Position numbers and translations under genes: made by a program
The notes under the pieces: generated by a model
The model's input: only the letters and a program-made list of their open reading frames with translations
What the model was told of the DNA's origin: nothing
The model's database searches: none
NCBI GenBank assembly: GCA_000708835.1
Contig: DF237440.1
Location: 1-64,000 of the forward strand
From: Klebsormidium nitens
Taxonomy: Eukaryota; Plantae; Klebsormidiophyceae
DNA length: 64,000 bases
Reading direction: 5' to 3'
In this document: positions 38,729-51,300 of the stretch, one piece after another
How the letters are laid out: every line of letters starts with the position of its first letter
Position numbering within the stretch: position 1 is the first letter of the stretch

Positions 38729-39708
38729 NNNNNNNNNNNNNNNNNNNNNNNNNNNNNNNNNNNNNNNNNNNNNNNNNNNNNNNNNNNNNNNNNNNNNNNN
38801 NNNNNNNNNNNNNNNNNNNNNNNNNNNNNNNNNNNNNNNNNNNNNNNNNNNNNNNNNNNNNNNNNNNNNNNNNNNNNNNNNNNNNNNNNNNNNNNNNNNN
38901 NNNNNNNNNNNNNNNNNNNNNNNNNNNNNNNNNNNNNNNNNNNNNNNNNNNNNNNNNNNNNNNNNNNNNNNNNNNNNNNNNNNNNNNNNNNNNNNNNNNN
39001 NNNNNNNNNNNNNNNNNNNNNNNNNNNNNNNNNNNNNNNNNNNNNNNNNNNNNNNNNNNNNNNNNNNNNNNNNNNNNNNNNNNNNNNNNNNNNNNNNNNN
39101 NNNNNNNNNNNNNNNNNNNNNNNNNNNNNNNNNNNNNNNNNNNNNNNNNNNNNNNNNNNNNNNNNNNNNNNNNNNNNNNNNNNNNNNNNNNNNNNNNNNN
39201 NNNNNNNNNNNNNNNNNNNNNNNNNNNNNNNNNNNNNNNNNNNNNNNNNNNNNNNNNNNNNNNNNNNNNNNNNNNNNNNNNNNNNNNNNNNNNNNNNNNN
39301 NNNNNNNNNNNNNNNNNNNNNNNNNNNNNNNNNNNNNNNNNNNNNNNNNNNNNNNNNNNNNNNNNNNNNNNNNNNNNNNNNNNNNNNNNNNNNNNNNNNN
39401 NNNNNNNNNNNNNNNNNNNNNNNNNNNNNNNNNNNNNNNNNNNNNNNNNNNNNNNNNNNNNNNNNNNNNNNNNNNNNNNNNNNNNNNNNNNNNNNNNNNN
39501 NNNNNNNNNNNNNNNNNNNNNNNNNNNNNNNNNNNNNNNNNNNNNNNNNNNNNNNNNNNNNNNNNNNNNNNNNNNNNNNNNNNNNNNNNNNNNNNNNNNN
39601 NNNNNNNNNNNNNNNNNNNNNNNNNNNNNNNNNNNNNNNNNNNNNNNNNNNNNNNNNNNNNNNNNNNNNNNNNNNNNNNNNNNNNNNNNNNNNNNNNNNN
39701 NNNNNNNN
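38729..39708. other. Assembly gap (N run)
   Basis: Run of N. Confidence 1.
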
Positions 39709-39721
39709 CTGGTTCCAGCTA

Positions 39722-39812
39722 AGTGATCCAGCTGGTAAACGAGAGCAAGCTGCCGAAGAGCTTCTGGGGGGATGCAGTTCGGTTGGCAAATCAGATGAAA
39801 AACCGTGAAATC
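39722..39812 (+). mobile_element. Ty1/Copia integrase C-terminal fragment
   Basis: Translation VIQLVNESKLPKSFWGDAVRLANQMKNR matches the Copia integrase motif MLxxxxLPxxFWAEAVxTAxYLxNR. The rest of the element is in the gap or lost. Confidence 0.7.
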
Positions 39813-41102
39813 AGTGGGCCCATGCTTAAGTGTTGTGGACCATAGTGACTGGATCGTAGATGCTGTGATCGTAGACTGAAGTGACCACCGAGCTGTTAGA
39901 CCGCTGTGACCTGTGGACCAATGTTGTCCACATTGTGCTGAGTCGATTAATTCATAGCAGTGATGGTGGTCACAAATGTTGGAATGACGTTCTGCTACCT
40001 TGCAAGGGCAAAGCTCATGCCCGCCTCCTGTGCACGGCCGTAGTAACCCTTCACTAGAGCGGACCTTTGACAACGACATGAGACCTGACGTGTGTCAAAA
40101 GCTTGCAGATCTAGAAAAGCACGCAGACAAGAGAGCATCCCAGCTCAATCAAAACAGCAAGTCATAGATTACTAATGATCTGCTGAATTGGCGGCACTCC
40201 CAAATGCAGATCTGTATCTCCTTTCCCAGCTTTCAATTCATGGGTGAAATGTCAAGCAAACAATGCTCACCTCAATGTCGCCCCTTCGACAGAGTCCGGC
40301 ACGTGGGCTATCGTGTTCTGATCACTTTGAGCCTGAGCCCTTAAGTGTCCGGCCTTGCGGGATAGAGCAGTGCGACCATTTCCCCTGAAACCGACACGAG
40401 CAACACGGACCGGCGCCGCTGGTTGCGTGCGAACGCAGTGCTTCCCTCCTCTGAGCTGGTCAAGCGGGTCCTTAGTAAGACAGTTTGGCGCAAGCTGAGT
40501 CCAACGTTGGTGCAGTACTCCAGATGGAGCGGTCGCAGTCTGCATCCTGTGGCGCGGCCGGGCCGGGGTCAGCTTTGCGGGAGCTGGGAGGATTGAATAT
40601 ATAGACGTTAAGCCGGCGCCCCGGACAAGGGCAAACTTGAAGTCGCAGAGGAGAGCAATCAGTGCAGGTAATTGCAAAATGCTATCAGCTGGCTGCACTT
40701 GGCACGTCCACTACTAGTGAAAGATTAAAAGGATTCAGGATACGAGACTAGAGGGCCTGAAGCCCCGGGGTGCAGACGGCCACCCAGACCCTTGTATGTA
40801 GCTTGAGCAGGTGAGCTCGCGGCCGCTCAAGGAGCATGTACGGTATCCTGTATTAGCTGCCTGTAAACACACCCTTTCTATTCGGTATAAAATCAAAAGA
40901 CGACAAGGAATTCGGCCCCAGTGCCCCCACCTTCCAAGCCTCGCGCCTATATACTTATTTTCGTTTCTTACAAGTACAAGATTTCTCCTTTGAACCTAAC
41001 CCATTGCTTTACCTCATGCGCCATGCTGGTGATAGCGTTATTTGGGATCCCCAAAATGACTACCCCATAATCCCTCCAAGGCCTCAAACTTGAACGACGT
41101 AG

Positions 41103-41876
41103 GTACTAACTTGTATCAAAAGATGAGTTCCCTTGTTCCCTTCCCGCTACGGTACTCTGAGTGGCACCCGGCCGGGGTGCCGGACTGGATTCCGGTACGG
41201 TACTGGTTGGCTCAGCCAATTATTCGTAGGTACTCAGCTGGCTGGGGCGGGCCGCCGCGGCCTGTCCCTGTCTGTACTTTGGAAGTTAGAACTTAGGTCT
41301 GCATTAATTTCAAGTCAGGATATCCTATGAAGCTGGTAGCCCGTTAATTTTCCTGCGTCCCGTCTTACCGGTACATACGGTATGTAGGTACCCAGGAGCC
41401 CAAGTGTACAGTATCTAGGTACTCAGCGCCGAACCGTGAACGGCCTTCACAGCTGTAGACAGCTCCCGAGTCCAGATGAACTCCGTACTTGGTCTGGAAG
41501 CCATGATACTCAGGCCCGGTCCCGCGGGCCCGGCGCCCCTTGCCCCGGCCCCCAGTACTGCCCAGGCCCCAGGCATGACGTACGTCAGTAAGATTAATTC
41601 TGCGCATGATATAGGTATGCCGCTGCCAAAATATGTCATGATGACGTCCCCATGGCCGAGGCGCCACCGGTACCAGCGGCATCATTGATAGCTGCGGTAC
41701 TGCTGCGGAACACTTCAACAAATAGTGTTGAGTTCATTGAAATTGAACTGATCACCTTACCTGGCATCAAAATATTGGCGATGGGAGCACTGCTCACATA
41801 TTGAAGCAACTTGCATCGAGTCCACACGGAGACGTTTGCAGCTGACATCGTCTATATATAATACAGGTACCGGTAC
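41103..41876 (+). promoter_or_regulatory. GTAC-dense putative promoter (SBP/CuRE-like) with a TATA box upstream of UGT copy 2
   Basis: I counted 17 GTAC sites in about 775 bp, against about 3 expected at uniform composition. TATATATAA lies at about 41853-41861, roughly 70 bp before ATG 41929. Confidence 0.45.
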
Positions 41877-41928
41877 TTCTCGGATAGATTGAAGGTCCTT
41901 CGAGTTTGTCGCCTGCAGCGTCAGAGCA

Positions 41929-44900
41929 ATGGTGAACCTGAAGCAGCTTGCCCTCTGCTTACTTCTCATTTTGGCCTGCACCCTTTCAGCCAGCCGTGGG
42001 GCAGAAATAGCAGCCGCTTCAGATGTTTCAGCATGCATGATGGATTCGAAGGAACACATCAGCTGGGCAAATGCCGGGGGTGAAGCGCCCGTGCGGTTAT
42101 CTGTCCTGGTGGTGTCGCCCCCTTCTTCTGGTGAGATGCAAGCAACCCGCATGACAACACTGTTTGACCATGCAATCTCTGACAATCTGGAGTCTGGGTT
42201 AGAAGATCAACAGTTTCTAAAACCTTCACAATAATTATGCTGCTGTGGATAGAGCTGGAGGGAGAGAGCGTACGTCATCATTGAAAAGAAGTTCCGGACC
42301 GGTCAACGTCAGCTGACTTTAGTTCAGTCGGCCCCGGCAATCCTAGCAGTTTGCTGGCACCCATTTGCAGTATTCAAAACATTCTGTGTCGGTGCTCTGA
42401 ATGCTCCAAAGTATGCAGCTGTCTGAAGTTGGTTATCGTACAAGTCAGGGTCTACTCAATCGTCTCAGCCCATATTTGGACGATAAGGACCAGCACTTGA
42501 TTTTCTGCTTGGTGCCTGATTGGCCATCAGAAACCATAGCTCTCTAGCTTTGTAGCTGAGCTTGTGCACAGGGAAGGTACAGCTATTTGCAAAGCAAATC
42601 ATTGCCAATTCGAGACAGAGAGGGAAGCTTTACAAATCAGATGACTAAGTTGGTCGAGCCTGCGATCGACATGTAGCAAAAACTGGTTCCGACCAAGCTT
42701 TAAGCTACCCTCTGTATATGAAGTTGGCAGGCTGCTCGGAAAAAGCTGTAGCGGTCACAGATTACAGAGGGGGTCGTGCAACTTGTGTGTGGTGGTGGTC
42801 GAGCCTTATTGACAGTAGGTAGTCGGACCTGCAAATCTGAGAGATGCGTAGGCCGGTTCCTTCGGCCTTGCGGATGACAGCAGGCAGCGTTCACAGTCCG
42901 ACAGCACATACGGCAACCCTGCCAATTCCTAGGATCGAATCAGAAGGTTTCCATTCTGGGGCGACATCCAGTGTTATAGTCTGATTGCCTGCTCCCAGTG
43001 AACATTCCGTCAGGGTTTTGTGCGCCACACTTCAAGCTGGGTGTTTGATGAGCCAGTGACATGACATCAACTCCGTGACATCGTTTGACACTACACTGTT
43101 GCTGCAAGGCAACAGTATCCGTATCCATGTCACTCTGCCTGATCCTGCCACGGCACCTCCAATCTCCTGCAGCGATTCAAGCTGGGTTCCGAGTCAAACG
43201 CCCGATACTTCAAGTGCATCAATCGTGACTACCTGACGGAAACCTGGATTGCAGGTGCTGACGCGTTATTCCTCCCCCTGTTCAGGCCACTTCTTACCTC
43301 TTGTCTCCATTGCGGCCGAGCTCAAGTCAAGGGGCCACGACGTCACGTTCCTGGGACTGGTGCACAGGGAGCGCGAGTACTTCTTCCTCAAGGAGCTCAA
43401 CCGCACGAAGATCCCCTTCCACCAGCTGGGCTACTGGCCGAGGAGCCTTCCGGACGACCAGGCGCGCCACGAATCAAACGCGTTTAAAGCGGCCGCCAGC
43501 GAGCGCCCCCCCTTCCTCGCGTTCATGGAAGGCGACGTCGCGTCCTGGGTCGGGTTGGATCGGTACCTCGCGCAGCTGGCAGACGACGCGAGCGCGCCAG
43601 GGGGCGAGACGGGTCGCCGGGCTCCTGCTGACGTCATGGTCATCGACCACGGCTTCCGGGCGTGCGGCGCGAGCGCGGAGGCGAAGTACAATATCACTCC
43701 GGTTTACGTGCACACGTGGAGGAACTTCGTCCTCGCGCCGTCCTGGCCGTTCTCGGCAGCGGCTCTGGAACGAGTACGTCAGGCTGAGGGACGCCCTTTT
43801 CGTCGAGCCGTTCTTCCTGACCCGGAAACTGCGGGCGATCCTGGAGGAGCAAGGGGTTCAGCTGCCCGTAATGCCCAGCAACTACTTCGAGTATGACGGC
43901 AGGGCAGCCATTATTAACACAGGCCCCGGGTTTGATTTCCCGGTTCCATTGCCGCCTTCGGTGATCTACGCCGGCCCGCTCATGGGCTGATTCACGCAGG
44001 AGGTGCCCCCGCAACTGCACTCGTGGTTAAGCGGTCACAGCCCCTCGTCTGTCGTCCTTGTTAACCTAGGCACGGTTAACCCCCTAACCCGCGGCATGGT
44101 CGGGCTCATAATCGAGGGGCTTGGAAACGTAAACCTGGACGTGCTATGGGTGGTCAAGGAATCTGCCTGGGGCGTTCTCGAGCCCTTCGAGATCCCACCC
44201 AGTTTCCGGATGGAGAAGTTTATCCCCCAGAGGGAGGTCTTGCGCCACCCCGCCATCGCCGCAATGATTACGCACTGTGGCAACAACGGGGTGCAGGTGA
44301 GCACAAAAGCTAGTCTCGATTCTAAGAATAGTAAGCCGCCCGAATAACAAAGTGAAGCCCGGGGGATGGGTGGGGTTGGTGTGGTGGTTATAAGGGTGGG
44401 TTCCGGTGCGAAGCGGGTGAGTATTTGCCTTTTACTTTGTTTATGCTCGGTAAAACGACCTTAATGTTCGTGAAGCTTATTGTTTATAGTGTCGAGACTT
44501 GTGGTAAGCACGAGGCCCTTGACGTCGCTTTTCCTTCGACTATGCACGTGCGCTGATCTTCTGTTCAGCAGACAATTGATTCCATGGAGTCCGTCATCGA
44601 CGTAAGAGTATCTTTGTAAGGGATCGGTTCCGCATCCGCAAGTTTGTTCCAGACGAATGAATTTCTTAGATGATGCTCACAGGACTTTGTTAGCTGCGTT
44701 TGATTTTTGTCCATACTTTTGATTTGTTGCAGGAGGCTCTGGCGAGTGGGATCCCAGCGATTGGTCTACCCGTGATGTACGGTGAGAAAAATGCCGTGAC
44801 GACCACCTCATTGAGGCAGTCAATATAACTCAGGTTGTTTGGTTTGCTGGGGGCTTTTGAGTCTCACAGATTAATGGATGTATGATGTACTAATTGCTGT

Positions 44901-46924
44901 AAAAATCAAGGTTGTAGTCGAAGTTTGACGTGCAATCTGCTCTTGACCAATCAGGGAGAGGGTTAGTCTGCATACGCGCGAGGTCATGCAGAACCCAGCT
45001 GACTGCGGTCCGCAACAATTGAACTGATTTCAGATGGTTCCCATTGACGAATAATGGGTTTCGTTGGCTGGTTTTGCATTCTCAATCCTAATTCCGTTTC
45101 CTACCTACATACCTAGACAGCGTGGAACGGAACAAATCAAATTGCTTCAAGAAACACGTCAGCCATGTTGATTTCGCAGCAACGTCTCTGATGAGTGTTG
45201 GTCGAGCAATCGCTTCGGATTGAGAAGAACTGGTAGCAGTAGTCTGAAGCAGGTCTCTCGCAAGTTGAAATGGGTGGTAAGCACCCACTTGTGCATCTGT
45301 ACCGAAAGCCCGAGAAACGTCATCGAGTCTCCTTACTCGGTGTCGGAATCCTCCCAGCACCAAAGAGAAAAACGCTCTTGTACGAGTTTCCTGCATATCT
45401 GCCCTCTTTGAGAAACTTGTCGAATACAAAGAGGACCGCCGCTTTGTAAGTGGGCACGTATCCTTTGCTTATGTACTTTGAGCATTTCTCCCCCACTCGC
45501 TACCTAGTGGGTTAGTACCCCGCTAGTTATCGAAGATATCCTCCGCCTGTCTCTTAGCCGGGGAAGACATGTGCTCCCCGTTTTCCCCAATCAACCAGAG
45601 AAGCGGGGGCGGGACCTGCAGGGAAGATACCAATCTTCCTTGTGACCGGCTTTTGCTTCAAAAGTTCCTGTTTATGTTCCTGTAAATTTTTGTTTAATTG
45701 ATTCTCGAACCCAGATTGATGCCTTGAGTGGCGCTCTATCCAGCCCAAGAACGACAAGGTGACGTGTCGCCTTCTTTCTCGCGATTTACTGAGCGCAAGA
45801 TTTGGATCTTCCTGTGTGCCATGTGGTAAATATGTGACTAGCGTGTACGTTTTGCAGACCAATTCGACGTCGCGCAGCGACTCGCGCACGCGGGCTTCCC
45901 CACCCTGCACCCGCTGCGCGCCACGCCGGCCGACCTTTCTGCGGCAGTGCGCGCGGTGACCGCGCGAGACCCGGCCACGGAGAACGTCTACCGGGCGAAA
46001 GCGCGCAAGATCGCGCGCATCTTTCGGTACCTGGGAGGTGCGCCAAAGGCGGCCGGTATGTTTCAATCCCTTTCAGACTATCCCTTGAGAACAGACAATG
46101 CGATTCTCCGGCTGATGTAGATTGCTGCCCGTTGAATCCATTCTGTGTCCGCCACTGAGGGCTTCAAAGAAGGGGGATATTCAAGGGATATTCACCGGGC
46201 GCCTTGGATTGGAATCGGAGCTGTCGAAGCGGGGTCGAAGCGGAGCATCGGTCCCCCTGAAAGTGGCGGACGAACCGGAGCTAGCTGCGAGTATTCCGTA
46301 TTGTCTGCAGGACTTGCCGCAATGGTAGACACAAACTGCTAACTGTCCAACCTTGTCCGAAGCACTTCACAATCTCCACGGCTGTGCGGGATTACAAGGA
46401 TATAAAAACGCTGCGTATGCGATACACATGCCGAGTTACAACTGCCACGTTGGGAAGTTGCATGTTACAAAACCCTTATCGTTTGTCGAGATTTGTTGTC
46501 CAGTCCTTGAGCGAGGTAACCAATCTGCAGTCAGCTTGAGCGAAGTAACCAAACTGATGACAAGATCTTCTTGGCACGAGGCGGTTCCACTCAGGTATCG
46601 GGAGAAAAAGAGAGTATTCTGGAGCTTTGGTGATTTGTTTATTCGCCAGGCTGTGACTCACACCGAAGGACCAACGTGTCAACGCTTCTCCGCGTAGAGG
46701 CTCACGTTGAGACGTTCGCTCTTTCCTTTGCAGAGTTTGTCGAGCATGTCGCAGAATTTGGGGTCGACCACTTGCGGACGGCGGACCTCGACATGCCATT
46801 CGTTGTCAAGTACAAGCTGGACTCTTCAGCCTTCGCGGTTGCGGTGGCCGCAATCGGGATTTTGTCCGTTCGTTTCGTCGTACGATGTCAAATGAAGAAG
46901 CTAGCCATTGCTTCGGGAAAGTGA
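41929..46924 (+). pseudogene. Membrane-anchored UDP-glycosyltransferase, copy 2 (signal peptide plus C-terminal TM), disrupted
   Basis: Exons: 41929-42130 (MVNLKQLALCLLLILACTLSASRG signal peptide ... VLVVSPPSSG), 43286-44296, 44733-44781, 45858-46056, 46734-46924. Motifs: GHFLPL, ELKSRGHDVT, IPQREVLRHP, THCGNNG, EALASGIPAIGLP, YDQFDVAQRL, DHLRTADLDMPFVVKYKLD-TM-MKKLAIASGK*. Lesions: 38-nt deletion at about 43752 relative to copy 1, and in-frame TGA at 43988-43990 where copy 1 has CGA. Confidence 0.88.
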
Positions 46925-48349
46925 CGCCGATCGTTAAAAGAGTGTTAGGTGCCATGGTTCCAGGCTGAGTCAATTCGCCTCAGTCAGCTGTTTGTCACAA
47001 TCTCGTGCGTCGTTGGATCTCGGATCGGTCTCTAGAGTGGGTATAGTATTTAAGCTCATGGCTTATATAGTACCAGTGGGCCGGACGGGTGAAGTTGGTA
47101 AGGTGGGTAGGGTGGGTACAGGTGCGAAGCGGGTGACTATTTGGGGTTTATTTTTGTATTAATAGCGTCGTTCTTACTATTTTAAGTTGTCTCACTATAT
47201 AACTATTCTAGAGAATCATCGATCGTGGGCCAGGCCATGCGGCTGGCACTCGTGTTCGTTACGAAGAATCGCTGCTATGAATAGCTCTTGACATGGTGCA
47301 ATGCCTTCCTGGAACTCGACCTGTGCATGTCACTCCATAAGGACAGCCCGGCCCCAGTCTCCTCGCGGCGTAGTATACAATAAAGCAGTTCCTTCAGCTA
47401 AAATCATTCCGGCTGGGGCTGCGCCCCAACTTAGTGAAAGGCCACAAACCCCCGGACCGGCCCAACAGGATACCTAATTAGGGGGTGCCACTTCAAAGTA
47501 CCCTATTTTGCACGGATGCCAGCGTATCAATGATTCTATGATAGGTATTAATATAGAGTGACGAAGATTGTTCCGTCACTACTTTAGGTTGCATACTATA
47601 TATTGAAGACTAGCCTGCAGCCAAATCCGACGCGCTCGCATTAAATAGATATTGTTGTGCGCACATGTCGGCCCACCTTTATTTTGGACGTTCGGGATCT
47701 TCTACCATTGCCCGTGCGGAGCAGGCTAGTTTTGCCCAGCCGGTCACTCTGATTCGTTGACTAGTATCTATATTCCAGATTATTATCATGCCTTAACATG
47801 CATGGTCCTGCGCTGGGCGTCATTTAATGGATGATCGAAGTGACTGAGTCGAGTCCGACTACAACTTGTCGGAGGTTTCCCGTGCATATGCTCGAATTGA
47901 TCCAACCACGCAACTTGGGACTGTCGGATCTGCAAATTCCGAGTTCTCAACTATGTGGTCTGTCTCTCCTAGTATAGGCACCTCTGACCTTGATGCACGG
48001 AACTAAATTACATCTCACCCTAATTAACGACCTAGTCCTATTCACCTAACCATTTTTAACTTAAGACAAAGCTATGCAGACTTAACTGTACATGTGAGCT
48101 CTGCTCCTCTTTGAACGTTCTCTGATGGTGCCTACGTTTCCCGGCCGTCGAGTGCCGCAGACCAAAGTGACAATGGGACCGAATCAAGCTGTTGCCTTCG
48201 CTCGGCTGGACTCATCCTACCTTCCACTCTTTGTTTCTACCGTTGACTTCGCTAGCATAAGCAAAAACAAGATGACCGACTGCTCTTCAAGCCACGTGAT
48301 CTATGACCTTGAAGTTTTACGTTCGATCCAACTTCCCGAAGAACCAAGA

Positions 48350-51300
48350 TTACTTTCCTTTCAACTTGATAAGCGCGTCGATGACAGAGGGATCTGCCAA
48401 AGAGCTCACGTCTCCCTGCAAGTTGAGCAACAGCCAAACATTATGCTAACACTCCAAGGAGTGGGACGCGTTAACATTTGTCGACTTGGATTACTAGGCC
48501 TGGAATGTGTCTGCGTTCTTTGCAAGTCACGAGAAGCAACTGATAAATCCTTATGCAGCAGTGTGCAGAATTCAGCGCTTTGGCCTGCCGATGTGCGCGG
48601 CACCAGGTCGAACGACTGTGCAAACCATGCGTCTTTAGGCTCCCTTTCAGTTGGTAAATCAGGACGACCGTCCGGCTTCCCCTGCTTTCCACGAGGTTCA
48701 AGAAGGCCGGCAACTCTGACAGCTGTTGCTAATGACCATTTCGAGGGAAAATCGATTTCCTAAAAAAGGTCAAACCGTCAAGGTGACGCTTGACTGACCA
48801 AGATCGAATAAAGGAAAGCCTCCAAAAACAGAACGGCAACAAAGCTGTCCCTGGTCGACTTTGGAAAGGAAAGAATACAGAAGGCATTGAACTGCGTGAG
48901 CCTTTCTAGAACTCGCTTTCTTTATGGGCAGAGTTGGCCCCAGCCGGGAAACACATTACGAAATAAACAGGATCCTGAACCTTCTGAACTTCTCACCAGC
49001 TCGTCCAGTTTGTTGGCGGCAATCTTTCGGAGGATCCGGCGCATGATTTTGCCGCTGCGAGTCTTGGGCAGGCCCGTCGCCCAGTGGATGACGTCAGGCG
49101 CCGCGAAGCCGCCGATCTCGGAGCGCACGCCCTTCTTNNNNNNNNNNNNNNNNNNNNNNNNNNNNNNNNNNNNNNNNNNNNNNNNNNNNNNNNNNNNNNN
49201 NNNNNNNNNNNNNNNNNNNNNNNNNNNNNNNNNNNNNNNNNNNNNNNNNNNNNNNNNNNNNNNNNNNNNNNNNNNNNNNNNNNNNNNNNNNNNNNNNNNN
49301 NNNNNNNNNNNNNNNNNNNNNNNNNNNNNNNNNNNNNNNNNNNNNNNNNNNNNNNNNNNNNNNNNNNNNNNNNNNNNNNNNNNNNNNNNNNNNNNNNNNN
49401 NNNNNNNNNNNNNNNNNNNNNNNNNNNNNNNNNNNNNNNNNNNNNNNNNNNNNNNNNNNNNNNNNNNNNNNNNNNNNNNNNNNNNNNNNNNNNNNNNNNN
49501 NNNNNNNNNNNNNNNNNNNNNNNNNNNNNNNNNNNNNNNNNNNNNNNNNNNNNNNNNNNNNNNNNNNNNNNNNNNNNNNNNNNNNNNNNNNNNNNNNNNN
49601 NNNNNNNNNNNNNNNNNNNNNNNNNNNNNNNNNNNNNNNNNNNNNNNNNNNNNNNNNNNNNNNNNNNNNNNNNNNNNNNNNNNNNNNNNNNNNNNNNNNN
49701 NNNNNNNNNNNNNNNNNNNNNNNNNNNNNNNNNNNNNNNNNNNNNNNNNNNNNNNNNNNNNNNNNNNNNNNNNNNNNNNNNNNNNNNNNNNNNNNNNNNN
49801 NNNNNNNNNNNNNNNNNNNNNNNNNNNNNNNNNNNNNNNNNNNNNNNNNNNNNNNNNNNNNNNNNNNNNNNNNNNNNNNNNNNNNNNNNNNNNNNNNNNN
49901 NNNNNNNNNNNNNNNNNNNNNNNNNNNNNNNNNNNNNNNNNNNNNNNNNNNNNNNNNNNNNNNNNNNNNNNNNNNNNNNNNNNNNNNNNNNNNNNNNNNN
50001 NNNNNNNNNNNNNNNNNNNNNNNNNNNNNNNNNNNNNNNNNNGGCGTAGATGCCCTGGCCTTTCAACTGTAGGACGGGTCCATTACACCAAGTCTTTTGA
50101 TCCAGGAATCTTAGAAAGCTAGAAGGTTATCTTCCAACCTTAAGGTCTTGTTTGGCCTCGTATGACCGCGAAGACAAAGGAGACATCCTGGCTTTTTCAA
50201 ACCGCCCGACCGGGATCGGTGGATGTACATGTGGCTTACGAGCCTCGGCTTATATATTCCGAAAGATGGGAATGATTTGTTCCACTGCAAGACAAACCCC
50301 CCGCTTATTCCAGTTTGTCAGGGCACGGAAGCGGCGTCGTGGGCAGTCAACTCTGAGTAGGCACAGAACGAAGCTCTGGGTTGACAGTTGATGTTAGACA
50401 AACCAAAGATGGTTCCATGTTGCAGGTCTTTAAGAAGAGACGCTTCCCTGTCCCTCCAGAAGTTTATAACTGCGCAGAGCCGTTCTAGAATCTGATGGCA
50501 TTGACTGCACCTACCGTCTCAGACCTGCGTGCAGAAACTGCCTACCTGCAGAACTTTCCGCGATCAGACTAAAACTACAGACAAATGCGGATCTTTTCCG
50601 AAAACACAAGTCGCAGCGGCGAAGGGACTCGGGAGTGACAGAGTGACTATGTAGCACTTCACAAGAAAGAAAATGAATACAGGAGATTGACGATTTATAC
50701 CTCGTGGTCAAACCCAACCACCGCCGACTCGGCACACGCGGGATGGGCGTTCAGAGCCGCTTCCACTTCTGACGTACTGATTCTATGCCCGCTGCAGAGA
50801 TAGGGATTCGCAGAACGGGTCAGAAGCGGCGCAGGAAGCTCTTCATGGCGCAGGAACGAAGGAAGTTGTTGTTGAGAAGTGATTCTGCCGACATATGAGA
50901 GAGACTCTCGGAGCATTTTGCCACTCATGAGGAGCGCCGCTCGAAAGATTGCAACCCGGAGATCTGGCAAACTTTGGAAACGCTAAACACACGTGGTAAT
51001 TCTTTCAGCTCTAAGAAACCCCGAACGGAGACTGCAATACGGCAACGACGTGTCATACCACTCTCAGAAATCGCACAGCGCAACGAACCTTAAATACAAA
51101 AGCCCCTGAAGCTCTGATTGCCGTCTCCGCAACCTCAGCTAGGAAAAGGATGGTCACTGGGAACCAATCAAGCATACGCTCCGAGTAGCACTGCCCTCAC
51201 CTGACGTTGATGACGTCATCGGTCCGGCCCGTCAGCCAAATATACCCGTCCTCGTCTCTGCGGCGGCAGTAATAAACGTCAGCATGAGCATTTTTGTCCG

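Noticed and set aside
38455-40079. Long ORFs (351-465 aa) in the ORF track
   Set aside because: They are artefacts of translating through the N gap.
48125-48763. 212-aa plus-strand ORF
   Set aside because: It is antisense to the last ACS exon and 3' region, with no motifs.
48887-50122. Long ORFs spanning the second gap
   Set aside because: Also N-gap artefacts; the real coding sequence is ACS on the minus strand.
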